Numbered from the stretch's first letter, positions 1 through 11,000 are shown. The stretch: 50,435 nucleotides of DNA from Bacteroidales bacterium (GCA_040775045.1 JAXGTH010000004.1:1-50435), one strand, 5' to 3'. Notes: generated by a model from the letters alone, not told the origin. Numbers and translations: made by a program.

Positions 1-173
1 GCTGCCGCCTGCATGCATGGATATGATGCCCGGCTGGGCCTGGGCACCACCCTGACAATAAACCATATGGTCGATACAATACCGAGCAGGATGAACATGG
101 CCTTCCCCGACGGACGCCGCGAAAGAAACCATTCCTTCTCTTTCCGGAGGTTGAATTTAGGCACAAAGCGCAT
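1..173 (-). CDS. N-terminal fragment of a protein running off the window edge, resembling the N-terminus of Bacteroidota DUF362-domain proteins
   Basis: Not in the ORF track. The reverse strand from ATG at 173 reads MRFVPKFNLRKEKEWFLSRRPSGKAMFILLGIVSTIWFIVRVVPRPSRASYPCMQAA with no stop. I recall the WF..RV.P.PSRA.YPC motif from DUF362-containing proteins; the domain itself lies outside the window. Confidence 0.5.
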   Translation of the reverse strand, partial: MRFVPKFNLRKEKEWFLSRRPSGKAMFILLGIVSTIWFIVRVVPRPSRASYPCMQAA

Positions 174-322
174 GGTCGTGTGATTTTATATATAAATGTA
201 GACAATATTTATACCCTGATGGTTGGCAGGCTAATATTTTTTGGGTTTCGTTTGAATAATTGAAAAAAAATTCCGTTCTTTGCACTCCGTTTTTTGAAGG
301 CTAAACCGTAAAGCATAAGAGG

Positions 323-562
323 ATGTCAAGAATTTGCGAAATAACAGGAAAGAAAATGATCGTGGGGAATAGTGTTTCACACTCCAACATAAAGACCAAG
401 AGAAAGTTCTACCCTAACCTGCAGACCAAGAAATTTTATATCCCGGAAGAAGACAGGTGGGTCACGCTGAAGGTTTCAGCAGCCGGCATCCGCACCATCA
501 ACAAGGTCGGGATCACCGAGGCACTTAAGGATGCCAGGGAAAAGGGATTTTATAAGGGCTGA
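323..562 (+). CDS. rpmB: 50S ribosomal protein bL28
   Basis: 79 aa, basic; [28 protein letters not shown] is the L28 signature. Confidence 0.97.
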   Translation: MSRICEITGKKMIVGNSVSHSNIKTKRKFYPNLQTKKFYIPEEDRWVTLKVSAAGIRTINKVGITEALKDAREKGFYKG

Positions 563-584
563 TAACCCGCTAAAAGATATCTGC

Positions 585-617
585 ATGCTGCCATGGTACC
601 ATGGCAGCATTTTTTTT
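585..617 (+). terminator. Intrinsic terminator after rpmB
   Basis: Perfect 26-bp palindrome ATGCTGCCATGGTACCATGGCAGCAT (585-610) followed by a T run. Confidence 0.85.
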
Positions 618-697
618 ATCCATGATCCTGCTCCCTTGCTTATCTTAAAATAATGAGGCCCGGAAAACGTTATTTTTTACAATAAATGCATTTAGGT

Positions 698-705
698 TAT
701 TTTTG
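698..705 (+). promoter_or_regulatory. Bacteroidota sigma-70 -7 element (TAnnTTTG)
   Basis: TATTTTTG ends 6 nt before the ATG at 712. Confidence 0.6.
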
Positions 706-711
706 CACAGC

Positions 712-1374
712 ATGAAAGATCTTGCCACCCTGGGGTTGTTCCTGCCGATGCTTTTGTTCACCTGTACATTATCCGCACAGGAAGCGGAAGATTATGATAC
801 CGGCGAGCTCGTGCAGTTCTCAGGTGTGATCCTGACCTCCGACAGCCTGAGGCCCATCCCCCTGGCACATATCATCGTGACCAACAGCATGCGGGGCACC
901 GTAAGCGATTTCAGCGGGTACTTCTCTTTTGTCGCCAAGAAGCAGGATACGGTGCAATTTTCAGCTGTGGGCTTCAAACCCGGCAAATTCATCATCCCCG
1001 ATACCATCAACAACAACCGTTATTCGATGATACAGGTGATGTCGGCCGACACCATTTACCTCACCGAAACGGTGATCTATCCCTGGCCTACCAAAGAACA
1101 GTTCAAGGAAGCTTTCCTTACCCTGGAGATCCCCGACGACGATCTGGAGATCGCACGCAAGAACCTCGACTCAAGGCAGATGCTGGCCAAGTCACGCAAC
1201 ATGCCTGCCGAAGGGAGCATCAATTATAAATACATGGTCCAGCGGCAGGTCGACAAGTTGTACTATAACGGGCAAACCCAGCCCATCTCTATCCTGAATC
1301 CCTTTGCATGGGCCAAGTTCATCAAAGCATGGAAAGACGGGGATTTCAAGCGCAAACCCGAGAATGAACCCTAA
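712..1374 (+). CDS. Exported protein with a carboxypeptidase-like regulatory domain (CarbopepD_reg_2-like)
   Basis: Signal peptide, then FSGVI..PIPLAHI..RGTVSDFSGYFSF..DTVQFSAVGF. ATG 712 preferred over TTG 703. Confidence 0.8.
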   Translation: MKDLATLGLFLPMLLFTCTLSAQEAEDYDTGELVQFSGVILTSDSLRPIPLAHIIVTNSMRGTVSDFSGYFSFVAKKQDTVQFSAVGFKPGKFIIPDTINNNRYSMIQVMSADTIYLTETVIYPWPTKEQFKEAFLTLEIPDDDLEIARKNLDSRQMLAKSRNMPAEGSINYKYMVQRQVDKLYYNGQTQPISILNPFAWAKFIKAWKDGDFKRKPENEP

Positions 1375-1389
1375 GCCAGAACAGCACGG

Positions 1390-3930
1390 ATGATCCATCA
1401 ACACATAAAAAATCTTATCCTTACGCTGATCCTGGGCCTGTCAGTGCTCTTCTCATTTTCGCAGGAGAAGGCCGTGGTCTTCGGCACCGTAAAGGATGAG
1501 GGCGGCAAGGCTGTTGAATATGCAAACGTGGCCGTTACAGGTTATGCCGGCGGTGTGGCTACCGACAGCCGTGGCCGGTTCGAACTATCGGTACCGGCCG
1601 ATACCGAGCTTACGCTGGTGGTGTCGTTCATCGGGTACGAAAAGCGGATGTTCAGGGTTTTTCTTCAGCCAGGGCAACGCGAACAGCTCGACGTGGTCAT
1701 GGAAATTTCGGCCGAGCAACTTCCCGACATTGAAGTGGTCGACAAGCAGATCAGGCATACCAACCTGCAGCGGCTCGATCCGAAGATCGCCACACAGATC
1801 CCTACCCTTGCCGGCGGTGTGGAAGACATCATCAAGACCATGCCGGGGGTGACCAGCAGGAATGAGTTGAGTTCGCAATACTCGGTGCGGGGCGGGAATT
1901 TCGATGAAAACCTCGTGTATGTGAACGGTATAGAGATCTACAGGCCTTTCCTGATCCGTTCAGGACAGCAAGAGGGCCTCAGCTTTGTGAACTCCGCCCT
2001 TGTTGGCTCAATCCTGTTCTCCGCCGGGGGATTTGAAGCCAAATACGGAGATAAGATGTCGTCGGTCCTGGACATACAGTATAAGAAACCGACCACGATC
2101 GGTGGATCGTTCCAGGCCAGTTTGCTTGGTGCCGAAGCCCATGTGGAAGGGATCTCCGGTAACCGGAAATTCACCTACCTGGCAGGAGCAAGGTACAAGT
2201 CGAATTCATACGTGCTGAGCGCGCTGGAAACAGAAGGGGATTATAAACCCAATTTTGCCGACGTGCAGACCCTTTTCTCATACCGGATCAACCCGAAAAT
2301 GGAACTGTCGTTCCTTGGCAACTATGCAAGGAATTCATATCGCGTAGAGCCCTCCAGCAGGCAAACGGAATTCGGAACGGTGCAGGAAGCATACCGGCTG
2401 AACATTTATTTCGAAGGGCAGGAACTCGACCGCTTCGAGAACTATATGGGCGCCCTGAGCCTTGATTATTACCCCGTGGAAAAACTCAAGCTGCAGTTCA
2501 TCGGATCGGCTTTCCAGACACGGGAGAGCGAGACTTTCGACATCCTGGGCGAATACTATATCGGCAGGCTCGAAAACCAGATCGGCGACGAACAATTTGG
2601 CGATGTGGTGGAGGCACAGGGTGTAGGCGGTTTTCTCGACCATGCCAGGAACTATCTGCAGGCAAGTGTTTACAATTTGGAGCATAAGGGCTATCTCGAC
2701 CTTGGCAAGCACTATGTGCAGTGGGGCGCAAGTTACCAGCACGAGATCATCAATGATAAGCTCAACGAGTGGGAACTGGTCGATTCGGCCGGCTACACCA
2801 TCCCCGAACCCCCGTTCACTGTCGGGGACCCGGCACCCGTGTTCAATCCCCGGCTGGAGATGTTCTCTGCTTACCGCACGGATACGGCCTTTCATTCGAA
2901 CCGTTTTTCGGCCTTCGCCCAGAATACATGGAACATCAGGTTCGGCGAGGCCAACGCCTATCTTGTGGCAGGGGCCAGGATAAGTTACTGGGATGTAAAC
3001 AGACAGTTCATCTTCAGCCCGAGGGCCACACTATCGGTCCAGCCCAGGTGGAAGAATGATATCCTTTTCCGTTTCTCGGCAGGATATTACCAGCAGCCCC
3101 CGTTTTACCGAGAACTGAGAGACCTGGAGGGACGCATCAATCCGGAGGTGAGGGCACAGAAATCCATCCATTTCGTGGCCGGCATGGACTGGGATTTCAT
3201 GGCATGGAACAGGCCATTTAAGTTTGTCGCAGAGGCCTACTACAAAATCCTCGACGATCTGGTGCCTTATACGGTCGACAATGTCAGGATCAGGTACTAT
3301 GGCGACAACCTTTCCAACGGTTTTGCCTATGGACTTGACCTGAAGGTGAACGGCGAGTTCATCAGGGGCATCGAATCATGGGCAAGCCTCTCGCTGCTCA
3401 AGACGATGGAAGACATTGAGGGGGATCATTACTGGGAATACTACAATGAGGATGGTGAGGAGATCATCCCTGGCTATACCGAAGACCAGGTGGTTGTTGA
3501 CAGTGCAGAGATCTTCCCCGGTTATATCCCCCGGCCAACCGACCAGCATGTGAACTTTGCATTGTTCTTCCAGGACTATATCCCCCGCAATCCCACCTGG
3601 AGAATGCATATCAAACTCATTTTCGGGAGCAGGGTCCCCTTCGGGCCACCCAACTCGCCGAAATATGAGCATGTTTACCGCATCCCTCCCTACCGGCGGG
3701 TCGACATTGGCTTTTCCAAACAGCTCATTGGTGCGCATACCAGCTTCGGACCCAAAAATCCCCTCCGGTTCATTGAGTCTTCCTGGATCAGCCTCGAGGT
3801 GTTCAACCTTTTCCAGATCTCGAATACCATTTCCTACATCTGGGTGAAGGATAAGGACGGACGCGAATATGCCGTACCGAATTACCTCACCCCCCGCCTG
3901 TTCAACCTGCGCCTGGCAGTGAACTTCTGA
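1390..3930 (+). CDS. TonB-dependent outer membrane receptor with N-terminal carboxypeptidase-like regulatory domain
   Basis: 846 aa; signal peptide, VSFIGY domain, plug motif PGV..YSVRGG..N.VYVNGI, GGFEAKYG, C-terminal Phe strand. Confidence 0.9.
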   Translation: MIHQHIKNLILTLILGLSVLFSFSQEKAVVFGTVKDEGGKAVEYANVAVTGYAGGVATDSRGRFELSVPADTELTLVVSFIGYEKRMFRVFLQPGQREQLDVVMEISAEQLPDIEVVDKQIRHTNLQRLDPKIATQIPTLAGGVEDIIKTMPGVTSRNELSSQYSVRGGNFDENLVYVNGIEIYRPFLIRSGQQEGLSFVNSALVGSILFSAGGFEAKYGDKMSSVLDIQYKKPTTIGGSFQASLLGAEAHVEGISGNRKFTYLAGARYKSNSYVLSALETEGDYKPNFADVQTLFSYRINPKMELSFLGNYARNSYRVEPSSRQTEFGTVQEAYRLNIYFEGQELDRFENYMGALSLDYYPVEKLKLQFIGSAFQTRESETFDILGEYYIGRLENQIGDEQFGDVVEAQGVGGFLDHARNYLQASVYNLEHKGYLDLGKHYVQWGASYQHEIINDKLNEWELVDSAGYTIPEPPFTVGDPAPVFNPRLEMFSAYRTDTAFHSNRFSAFAQNTWNIRFGEANAYLVAGARISYWDVNRQFIFSPRATLSVQPRWKNDILFRFSAGYYQQPPFYRELRDLEGRINPEVRAQKSIHFVAGMDWDFMAWNRPFKFVAEAYYKILDDLVPYTVDNVRIRYYGDNLSNGFAYGLDLKVNGEFIRGIESWASLSLLKTMEDIEGDHYWEYYNEDGEEIIPGYTEDQVVVDSAEIFPGYIPRPTDQHVNFALFFQDYIPRNPTWRMHIKLIFGSRVPFGPPNSPKYEHVYRIPPYRRVDIGFSKQLIGAHTSFGPKNPLRFIESSWISLEVFNLFQISNTISYIWVKDKDGREYAVPNYLTPRLFNLRLAVNF

Positions 3931-4050
3931 TAACAACGACATTTCCATCCAATACGGAACCGGAAAATCGTGATGATCCCCTGAACTTTTTTATGTTTTT
4001 ATTGTTATTTATAATGAATCCAAATAATAACCATAAAAACTTTTGTAACA

Positions 4051-4662
4051 ATGAGTAAATTTAATTTTCCCGACCTGCCATACGACTTCAACGCACTGGA
4101 ACCGCATATCGATGCAAGGACCATGGAGATCCATTATACCAAGCATCACAAGGCATATTTCGACAAGTTCATTGCAGCCATCGAGGGAACCCCGGCGGCC
4201 GGTATGGACCTGGTCGACATTTTCAGGGATATTGAGAACCAGCCTGTTGCCGTAAGGAACAACGGGGGCGGTTTCTTCAATCATACCTTGTTCTGGAACA
4301 TCATGAGTGGCAACGGAGGCGGGAAGCCCGAGGGCAAGCTGGCCGAAGCCATCATGAATGCTTTCGGATCATTTGAAGCTTTCAGGGATCAGTTCAACAA
4401 TGCTGCTGCCAACCGTTTCGGGAGTGGATGGGCATGGTTGTGCACCGACTCCGCAGGCAAGCTAGAAGTATGTTCAACCGCCAACCAGGACAATCCCCTC
4501 ATGAAGGGCATTGGATGCGGCAACACTCCCATTCTGGGGCTCGATGTGTGGGAACATGCCTATTATCTTAAATACCAGAACAGGAGACCGGAATATATCG
4601 ATGCATTCTGGAACGTTGTGAACTGGAAGGCCGTTGCCGAAAACTACGAAAAGGCATTATAA
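4051..4662 (+). CDS. sodA: Fe/Mn-family superoxide dismutase with Mn-type signature
   Basis: [31 protein letters not shown]. Confidence 0.93.
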   Translation: MSKFNFPDLPYDFNALEPHIDARTMEIHYTKHHKAYFDKFIAAIEGTPAAGMDLVDIFRDIENQPVAVRNNGGGFFNHTLFWNIMSGNGGGKPEGKLAEAIMNAFGSFEAFRDQFNNAAANRFGSGWAWLCTDSAGKLEVCSTANQDNPLMKGIGCGNTPILGLDVWEHAYYLKYQNRRPEYIDAFWNVVNWKAVAENYEKAL

Positions 4663-4730
4663 GGGCGTCTCTATTTTTCATAGGCGTTGTTATTAGTTCT
4701 TAATAACAATTTTTGATTTGGGTTAATTGC

Positions 4731-4765
4731 AAAAGCCCCGCCGGTGAGGACCGCGGGGCTTTTTT
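4731..4765. terminator. Bidirectional intrinsic terminator between convergent sod and rocD
   Basis: AAAAGCCCCG-C-CGGT-GAGG-ACCG-CGGGGCTTTTTT hairpin flanked by A and T tracts. Confidence 0.85.
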
Positions 4766-4797
4766 ATTCCTGTATGCCGGTAATCCCGATCCGGCTG

Positions 4798-6030
4798 CTA
4801 GAATGACAGTATCGATTGCCTGATCAGGCCGATGGCCTCATGGAGCTGTTCTTCATTGATGACCAGCGGAGGCGCGAAGCGGATGATATGATCATGGGTG
4901 GGTTTTGCCAGCACACCGTTTTCCTTCATGGCCAGGCACACATCCCACGCCGTCTTATTACCCTTGGGTCTGATCACGATGGCATTAAGCAGGCCTTTTC
5001 CACGGACCGTTTCGATCATTTCCGACTGGATCTTTTTCATTTCCGACCGGAATACTTCGCCCAGCCTGGCTGCATTCTCGGCCAGTTTTTCTTCCCTGAT
5101 CACCTCGAGGGCTGCAATGGCAACCTTTGCTGCCACAGGGTTTCCACCGAAGGTGGATCCATGCTGTCCCGGTTTGATGCAGAGCATCACTTCATCGTCG
5201 GCCAGCACAGCCGATACGGGATAGACACCCCCCGAGAGGGCCTTGCCCAGGATAAGGATGTCGGGCCTTACATTCTCATGATCGCAGGCCAGCAGCTTGC
5301 CTGTCCTGGCGATGCCCGTCTGGACTTCGTCAGCGATGAAGAGCACATTGCGCTTTTTGCAGAGGGCATAGGCCTTTGCCAGGTAACCATCGTCGGGTAC
5401 ATACACGCCGGCCTCTCCCTGTATGGGCTCCACCAGGAAAGCCGCTACGTTCGGATCCTGCAATGCATCTTCAAGTGCGGCAATATCGTTATAGGGTACC
5501 ACGATGAAGCCCGGAGTATAGGGGCCGAAACCTCCCCTCGCATCAGGGTCGGTCGACATGGAGATCACCGTGATGGTGCGACCGTGGAAATTGTTCTCAC
5601 ACACAATGATCTTCGCCTGGTTTTCGGGAATGCCTTTCTTGTCATATCCCCAGCGGCGCGCCAGCTTGATGGCGGTTTCATCGCCTTCGGCCCCGGTATT
5701 CATGGGCAGTACCTTATCGTATCCAAAATATTCGGTGACATATTTTTCATACACCCCCAGCACATCGTTGTAAAATGCCCTGGAAGTAAGCGTCAGCGTG
5801 TTGGCCTGGTCAGTCAGCGCCTGAACGATCCTCGGGTGGCAATGACCCTGGTTTACTGCCGAATAGGCCGAAAGAAAGTCAAAATACCTCTTTCCTTCCA
5901 CATCCCATACAAAAACGCCATCCCCTTTTGATAATACTACAGGCAAAGGGTGGTAATTATGAGCGCCGTACCTGTCTTCCAAATTCATTGCTTCTGCCGA
6001 ACTCAATGTTGCCGTTTTTTTTGATTCCAT
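4798..6030 (-). CDS. rocD: Ornithine--oxo-acid transaminase
   Basis: [40 protein letters not shown] lysine in [17 protein letters not shown]. Start moved to MESKK (6030). Confidence 0.95.
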   Translation of the reverse strand: MESKKTATLSSAEAMNLEDRYGAHNYHPLPVVLSKGDGVFVWDVEGKRYFDFLSAYSAVNQGHCHPRIVQALTDQANTLTLTSRAFYNDVLGVYEKYVTEYFGYDKVLPMNTGAEGDETAIKLARRWGYDKKGIPENQAKIIVCENNFHGRTITVISMSTDPDARGGFGPYTPGFIVVPYNDIAALEDALQDPNVAAFLVEPIQGEAGVYVPDDGYLAKAYALCKKRNVLFIADEVQTGIARTGKLLACDHENVRPDILILGKALSGGVYPVSAVLADDEVMLCIKPGQHGSTFGGNPVAAKVAIAALEVIREEKLAENAARLGEVFRSEMKKIQSEMIETVRGKGLLNAIVIRPKGNKTAWDVCLAMKENGVLAKPTHDHIIRFAPPLVINEEQLHEAIGLIRQSILSF

Positions 6031-6060
6031 AATGTAAAGAGATTTTAACTGGTTTCCCTG

Positions 6061-6068
6061 CAAAGATA
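6061..6068 (-). promoter_or_regulatory. -7 element for rocD
   Basis: TATCTTTG on the minus strand, 30 nt upstream of the ATG. Confidence 0.6.
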
Positions 6069-6110
6069 TGCATTATCCGTGCATGAATTATTTAGAATGG
6101 TAATAAAGAG

Positions 6111-7208
6111 CTAAAACAGGTGTCGAAAAGGAAGGAACAGCCATTCGAAGAAACGCTGCAGGAATGGCCTCCTGAGCCATTCATCATAATTAAAAGGGAC
6201 ACTGTTCTGCATACAGGTATCGATATGGGTGAGGATCTGGCTACTGATCTCCTCGTCCTCGCCCACCATGATGATCTCGTGCTGGTACCTGAAACTGCGG
6301 TAGTCAAAGTTTGCCGAACCGATGGCAAAGGTCCTGTCGTCGACCAGCATTAGTTTTGCATGAAGGTTGTGCGGGGCATAAAGTAGGAATTTCACCCCGT
6401 TCCTGTGGAGCATGCCCAGGTACCTGCCCCTGACCAGGTCGACCATGTGAACATCGGAGTTGAGGGGCGTGATCACGATCACTTCCACCCCGCGCTTCAC
6501 GGCATCCGTCATGGCTTTGCGCAGCATGAAACCCGGCAGGAAATAAGGACTTTCGACCACCACACGTTTGTTAGCCGCCCTGAACATGGCAACATACTTC
6601 TTTTTGATCTTCTGCCGGGTGATGGAAGGCACATCCCGGATGATCTCGAAATTTCCGCTCCTGATCAGCCTCGTCAGGTGAGGCTTTTTGAAGGTATAAC
6701 GGTTATAGAGATTGAAATCCTGGTTGAAGACCTTGAGCAATTGTTTGTTCAGCGTTTTATCATCAAGCCTCAGCATGGATTCACACCAGTTCAGGGAATA
6801 GCCCGAAATATTGGCAGAACCGATATAGGAAATATGGTCATCGATAAGCAGGAACTTCCTGTGGTTGCGCCGGTGATTCTTGGTAAAAAGATCGATGAAG
6901 AACTTGATCTTCATGAAGAACCTGACTTCTCCCCCGGCTTCCGTAAGTTCACGGAAGAAGGACTGGGAAACCTGGGCTCCCCATGAATCGATCAACAGCC
7001 TGACCTTAACCCCTTTGCTGGCCTTCTGTATGAGCACATTTCGAAAGCGTTCGCCGATGGCATCGTTACTGTATTTGTAGGTTTCGATGCAAATGCTCTC
7101 CCTGGCCTGCGAAAGATCATTGAGCATGGCATTGAAATACTGCCAGGGGTCATCATAAAAAACGGCCCTGGCCTTATCCCTTGTCTTTCCCTCTTCTGCC
7201 ATGGTCAT
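6111..7208 (-). CDS. Phospholipase D family cardiolipin synthase without N-terminal TM anchor (ClsB-like)
   Basis: Two HKD motifs (HRKFLLID..GSAN; HAKLMLVD..GSAN) and SPYF. Confidence 0.85.
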   Translation of the reverse strand: MTMAEEGKTRDKARAVFYDDPWQYFNAMLNDLSQARESICIETYKYSNDAIGERFRNVLIQKASKGVKVRLLIDSWGAQVSQSFFRELTEAGGEVRFFMKIKFFIDLFTKNHRRNHRKFLLIDDHISYIGSANISGYSLNWCESMLRLDDKTLNKQLLKVFNQDFNLYNRYTFKKPHLTRLIRSGNFEIIRDVPSITRQKIKKKYVAMFRAANKRVVVESPYFLPGFMLRKAMTDAVKRGVEVIVITPLNSDVHMVDLVRGRYLGMLHRNGVKFLLYAPHNLHAKLMLVDDRTFAIGSANFDYRSFRYQHEIIMVGEDEEISSQILTHIDTCMQNSVPFNYDEWLRRPFLQRFFEWLFLPFRHLF

Positions 7209-7216
7209 TTGATAGG

Positions 7217-7960
7217 TTAAAGGCTCCTGAACAGCTTCATCAGGTCTTCCTTCTTTCTGAAAGATACGGGTACCCTGGAATTATCGTCCATGATGAGCAT
7301 ACCACCCTCCTGCTTGTCATAACGCTTGACGTGGATCAGGTTTATAAGGTGGGACTGGTGTACGCGGTAAAAATTAAAGTCCTTGAGTATTTCATTATAA
7401 TCCTTAAGGGTTTTGGAAACCGTGATCCTTTCACCGTCGGCGGTAAAGAAATGCGTATAGTTCTTTTCCGACTCGCACCGTATGATATCCTTCAGCATAA
7501 GGATATGGACGCTCTCCGCTGTCTTGAGCACGATCTTTTTCGTGTTGTTCAGGTCAAGGTTCTCAAACAATGCATGCAATCTTTCCGACATATTTTCCCT
7601 TTCGATCAACACCCTGGCTTTCTGGACCGCATTGGCCAGTTCATCCGGGTCGAGGGGTTTAAGGATATAATCAAGGGCGCTGAACTTGATGGCTTTTATG
7701 GCAAACTCTTCAAAGGCCGTAATGAAGATAACCAGGAAGTTGATGTGTCCCAGTTTTTTCAGCAGGTCGAAGCCGGTACCATCTGCCATTTTTATATCGA
7801 GGAGCAGCAGGTCGGGTTTATGCTGTTCCAGCACTTTCAGTCCGCTCCTCACACTTTCGGCAGTTTCGATCACCTCCACGTCAGGGCAATAGGCCTTCAG
7901 CATGCCGAGGATCGTCTCCCTGGCATTCTTTTCATCATCGATCACGATCGTCCTGATCAT
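7217..7960 (-). CDS. LytTR-family response regulator
   Basis: Receiver domain IDDE..LDIKM..ITA..DYILKP plus LytTR FYRVHQSHLIN. Confidence 0.95.
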   Translation of the reverse strand: MIRTIVIDDEKNARETILGMLKAYCPDVEVIETAESVRSGLKVLEQHKPDLLLLDIKMADGTGFDLLKKLGHINFLVIFITAFEEFAIKAIKFSALDYILKPLDPDELANAVQKARVLIERENMSERLHALFENLDLNNTKKIVLKTAESVHILMLKDIIRCESEKNYTHFFTADGERITVSKTLKDYNEILKDFNFYRVHQSHLINLIHVKRYDKQEGGMLIMDDNSRVPVSFRKKEDLMKLFRSL

Positions 7961-8078
7961 ATCAGTTGGAGTTTTGTTCTACCCATTTCCGGACGCTGTA
8001 AAGGTAATAAAACTGTTTGAATAGTAAGAGGATGATCAAGGCTGTTGATCGCCGACAGGGCAGTCGAATGGAAAAATA

Positions 8079-11000
8079 TCATCGGTGCCTGAATGGCAGG
8101 AGCAACACCACGCGGGTACCTGTTGCATTGCCGCTGTCATCATGCAGGTCGTTAATCTCCAGTTGTATTTTTTGCGTCATGATCATATTCAGCGATTCTA
8201 TCCTTTTGCTGACAATATCCTGTCCCATCGACTTGTGCAGTTTATCGCGGTTTTTATTCATTTCCTGTGATTTTTTACGCCCGATGCCATTATCCTCCAC
8301 AACCACTTTAATGATAGTGCCAGCCCCGGAGATGATGAGCCTGAGCTTACCTCCCTCACCCTTATGCTGTAGTCCGTGTTCGATGGCATTCTCGAGGAAA
8401 GGCTGGATCAGCAGGGGCGGGATGAGGGTGGATTCGGGTATGATCTCGTCACTGATCTCAATACTGTATTCAAACATACGGTTAAACCGCATCCTCTGCA
8501 GATCAAGGTAGTATTCCAGTGCTTCGATCTCCTTATCCAGATGGATGAAATCCTCCGTCGAGCCATAAAGGGTATGCCTGATCAGTTTGGCGAAGCTTGT
8601 AAGATACCTGCCGGCTTCGTGGGGCTGATTATTGTACATGTATCCCTGGATGGCCAGCAGGGCATTGAATACAAAATGCGGGTTCATCTGTAACCTGAAC
8701 ATCCGCTGCTCGGTCTTTGCCAGCTCTAAGGTATTTCTTTCCTTGATCATCCGCTGGCGCCTGAAAAACAGGAAGATCCCTGCAAAGGAAACAGCGAAAA
8801 GGAAAATGAGCAGGATCATGAAACCTACGGTCTGGGTGTAATGCTTCCTTATGGTAAATCTTATCATCACAGGGTTTTCGTTCCATATCCCGTGAACACT
8901 GCCCGCATTCACATACAGAGTATAGTCGCCGGGGGGAAGGTTCAGCAAATTGGCCCATGGGTTGTTCGTCTGGACCATATGGTCATGATAATTCGAAAGC
9001 ATGTAGCGGTACCTGACACCTTCCCTTGCACGATAACTGATCCCCATAAAGTTAACCCTGATGTTGTTCTGGTCATGTGCCAGGACATAGTGGTCACTCA
9101 GGGTGGTATCCCTGCCGTTGATCTGCACCCCTTCGATCCTGATCATGGGTGGTGCAAGATGTGGTTTCAGTTTCAGCGGATCGAATGAGATCAGTCCGTT
9201 TCCTGTCCCAAGCCAGATGTAACCGTCATGCATGCCGATACTGTTGATCTCGCGTGAGGGCAGGCCATCGCTAACGCCATAACCTTCAAGTTCATACCGA
9301 GTGTAAGTATGATCAAATTTGATACGGTTTAACCCATCCCTGGTCCCGATCCACAGTACGGTATCGTTTTGAGCAAACATGGCCCTCACCGAATTCCCGA
9401 TAAGACCTTCGTCCATGGCCAGGTGATCCAGCACGCTGTCGCCGCGCAGGAACAACACACCATAGGCAGAAGTGCCAACCACCATCAGCTCACCTAAACG
9501 GCAGACCGCCCCGATCCTTTCACCAAGGAGGGGAGATGAATTCCCAAAGTAATGTTCCACCCCGCCGGAATAGCGATACAGTCCGTAAAGGGTCCCCAGC
9601 CAGATGCTTTTATCCCTGTCGTGCCATATGGCATAAACCCTCCGGGTTGAATCTGTTTTCGTGAAAGAGCGTAATTGACCATCCTTGTATATACAGAGGC
9701 CCCATACCTTGCTCGCCAGGAGAATGGTATCGCCCAGGCCTTTCTGGACTATTGTTGTGGTGATGACCGTATCGGGAGGCCTGGGGAAGCCGGCAGGGTC
9801 ATACCTGATATGTTCCGTTGACGATAACCAAAGGTAGCCATCCTCATCAACCGCAATGGACCTGATCCGGTCATATACCCCTTCAATCTTTACTTTGCGG
9901 AGATCACCGGCCAATCCGTTGCCGAGCTTTCCTGTATATAAAGCTTTGTCCTGGCTGCTGAACCATATGCGGTTACCTGTAATCGCAATATCCATCACGT
10001 TGAGCCTGCGGTCGTCTCCCGGCAGCGTAAACATGTTGAAATCGATACAGGAAGAATAGAACACCCCATGGCCCTCGGTGCCCATCCAGAAATTCCCTTC
10101 CCTGTCCTGGGCCATGCTGGTGATGGTATACCCGTCCAAAAGATGCCGCGCATTGTTCTTCAGCCAGTTCCCTTCGAACACGTACACCCCCCTGCCGTAT
10201 TTCTTGCTCACCCAGAGCCTCCGCTGGTCGTCGGCCATGAGCGAAAGTACTTCTTCATCAAATTCCCGCTCACTGACTATCATGTCATTCTTGATGTGAT
10301 AGCAATGCTTACCGAAACTGACCACCCAGGCATTTTTCCCTGCCCTGGCAAAATTGCGGTGAAAGCGCAGGTGGTCAAATGACTGGTGGATATAGTATCC
10401 CGCGCCGGTGGTGCAGAGTTTACGGCCTGGCGTGCAGGACGCAGGCGCCTTGCTCACCATGGTCATGAAATGATCCCCACCAAAGTCCTCAAAATAAAGA
10501 TAACATGAATCCGCCTCAATGGGTGAGACGTCGCGGTCGATCCTGAGCCTGCCCTGAGGATCGATCGTATAGATCCCCCCCCTCCTTGGCGACAATTTTA
10601 TCGTCCCGGAGGAATCGACATACATTTTATGGAAGAAACTATCGCGAAGGTACCTTGAGATCACACCGTTAAATTCATAAGCCCTCACGTTTCCGTCCTC
10701 GAAATAACTCAGCAGCCCGTTGTTGGACAGGAACCAGATGCGGCCGGTCATGTCCTGGTAAAGCTTAAGGATGACATTCGCCGCTAATCCCTCGGTGACA
10801 TTATAGCTGGTAAACTCCCTGCCATTATACTGGCATACGCCATTGTCGGTGGCAAACCACATGATCCCGTTATCAGCCACCAGGATATCATACACATAAT
10901 CGCTGGGCAAACCTTCCTCTTCCGTCAGCCTGCTGAATACCGGATCCTGGGCCATGCCATGGAAACATGAAATCATTACCATCAGGGTAATGGCTGACAT
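8079..11000 (-). CDS. LytS-type sensor histidine kinase with extracytoplasmic beta-propeller (Reg_prop) and Y_Y_Y domains
   Basis: Repeated GL.S..V/I..D..G..W.GT motifs, YRY..LPPGDY, one TM helix, QMNPHFVFN, QPFLENAIEHG, EDNGIG. Start about 11000 (or 11030), not 11348. Confidence 0.9.
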   Translation of the reverse strand: MSAITLMVMISCFHGMAQDPVFSRLTEEEGLPSDYVYDILVADNGIMWFATDNGVCQYNGREFTSYNVTEGLAANVILKLYQDMTGRIWFLSNNGLLSYFEDGNVRAYEFNGVISRYLRDSFFHKMYVDSSGTIKLSPRRGGIYTIDPQGRLRIDRDVSPIEADSCYLYFEDFGGDHFMTMVSKAPASCTPGRKLCTTGAGYYIHQSFDHLRFHRNFARAGKNAWVVSFGKHCYHIKNDMIVSEREFDEEVLSLMADDQRRLWVSKKYGRGVYVFEGNWLKNNARHLLDGYTITSMAQDREGNFWMGTEGHGVFYSSCIDFNMFTLPGDDRRLNVMDIAITGNRIWFSSQDKALYTGKLGNGLAGDLRKVKIEGVYDRIRSIAVDEDGYLWLSSTEHIRYDPAGFPRPPDTVITTTIVQKGLGDTILLASKVWGLCIYKDGQLRSFTKTDSTRRVYAIWHDRDKSIWLGTLYGLYRYSGGVEHYFGNSSPLLGERIGAVCRLGELMVVGTSAYGVLFLRGDSVLDHLAMDEGLIGNSVRAMFAQNDTVLWIGTRDGLNRIKFDHTYTRYELEGYGVSDGLPSREINSIGMHDGYIWLGTGNGLISFDPLKLKPHLAPPMIRIEGVQINGRDTTLSDHYVLAHDQNNIRVNFMGISYRAREGVRYRYMLSNYHDHMVQTNNPWANLLNLPPGDYTLYVNAGSVHGIWNENPVMIRFTIRKHYTQTVGFMILLIFLFAVSFAGIFLFFRRQRMIKERNTLELAKTEQRMFRLQMNPHFVFNALLAIQGYMYNNQPHEAGRYLTSFAKLIRHTLYGSTEDFIHLDKEIEALEYYLDLQRMRFNRMFEYSIEISDEIIPESTLIPPLLIQPFLENAIEHGLQHKGEGGKLRLIISGAGTIIKVVVEDNGIGRKKSQEMNKNRDKLHKSMGQDIVSKRIESLNMIMTQKIQLEINDLHDDSGNATGTRVVLLLPFRHR

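Noticed and set aside
4687-4709. AT-rich inverted repeat TTGTTATTA..TAATAACAA after sod
   Set aside because: Weak AT-only stem next to a much stronger terminator; no evidence for a separate role.
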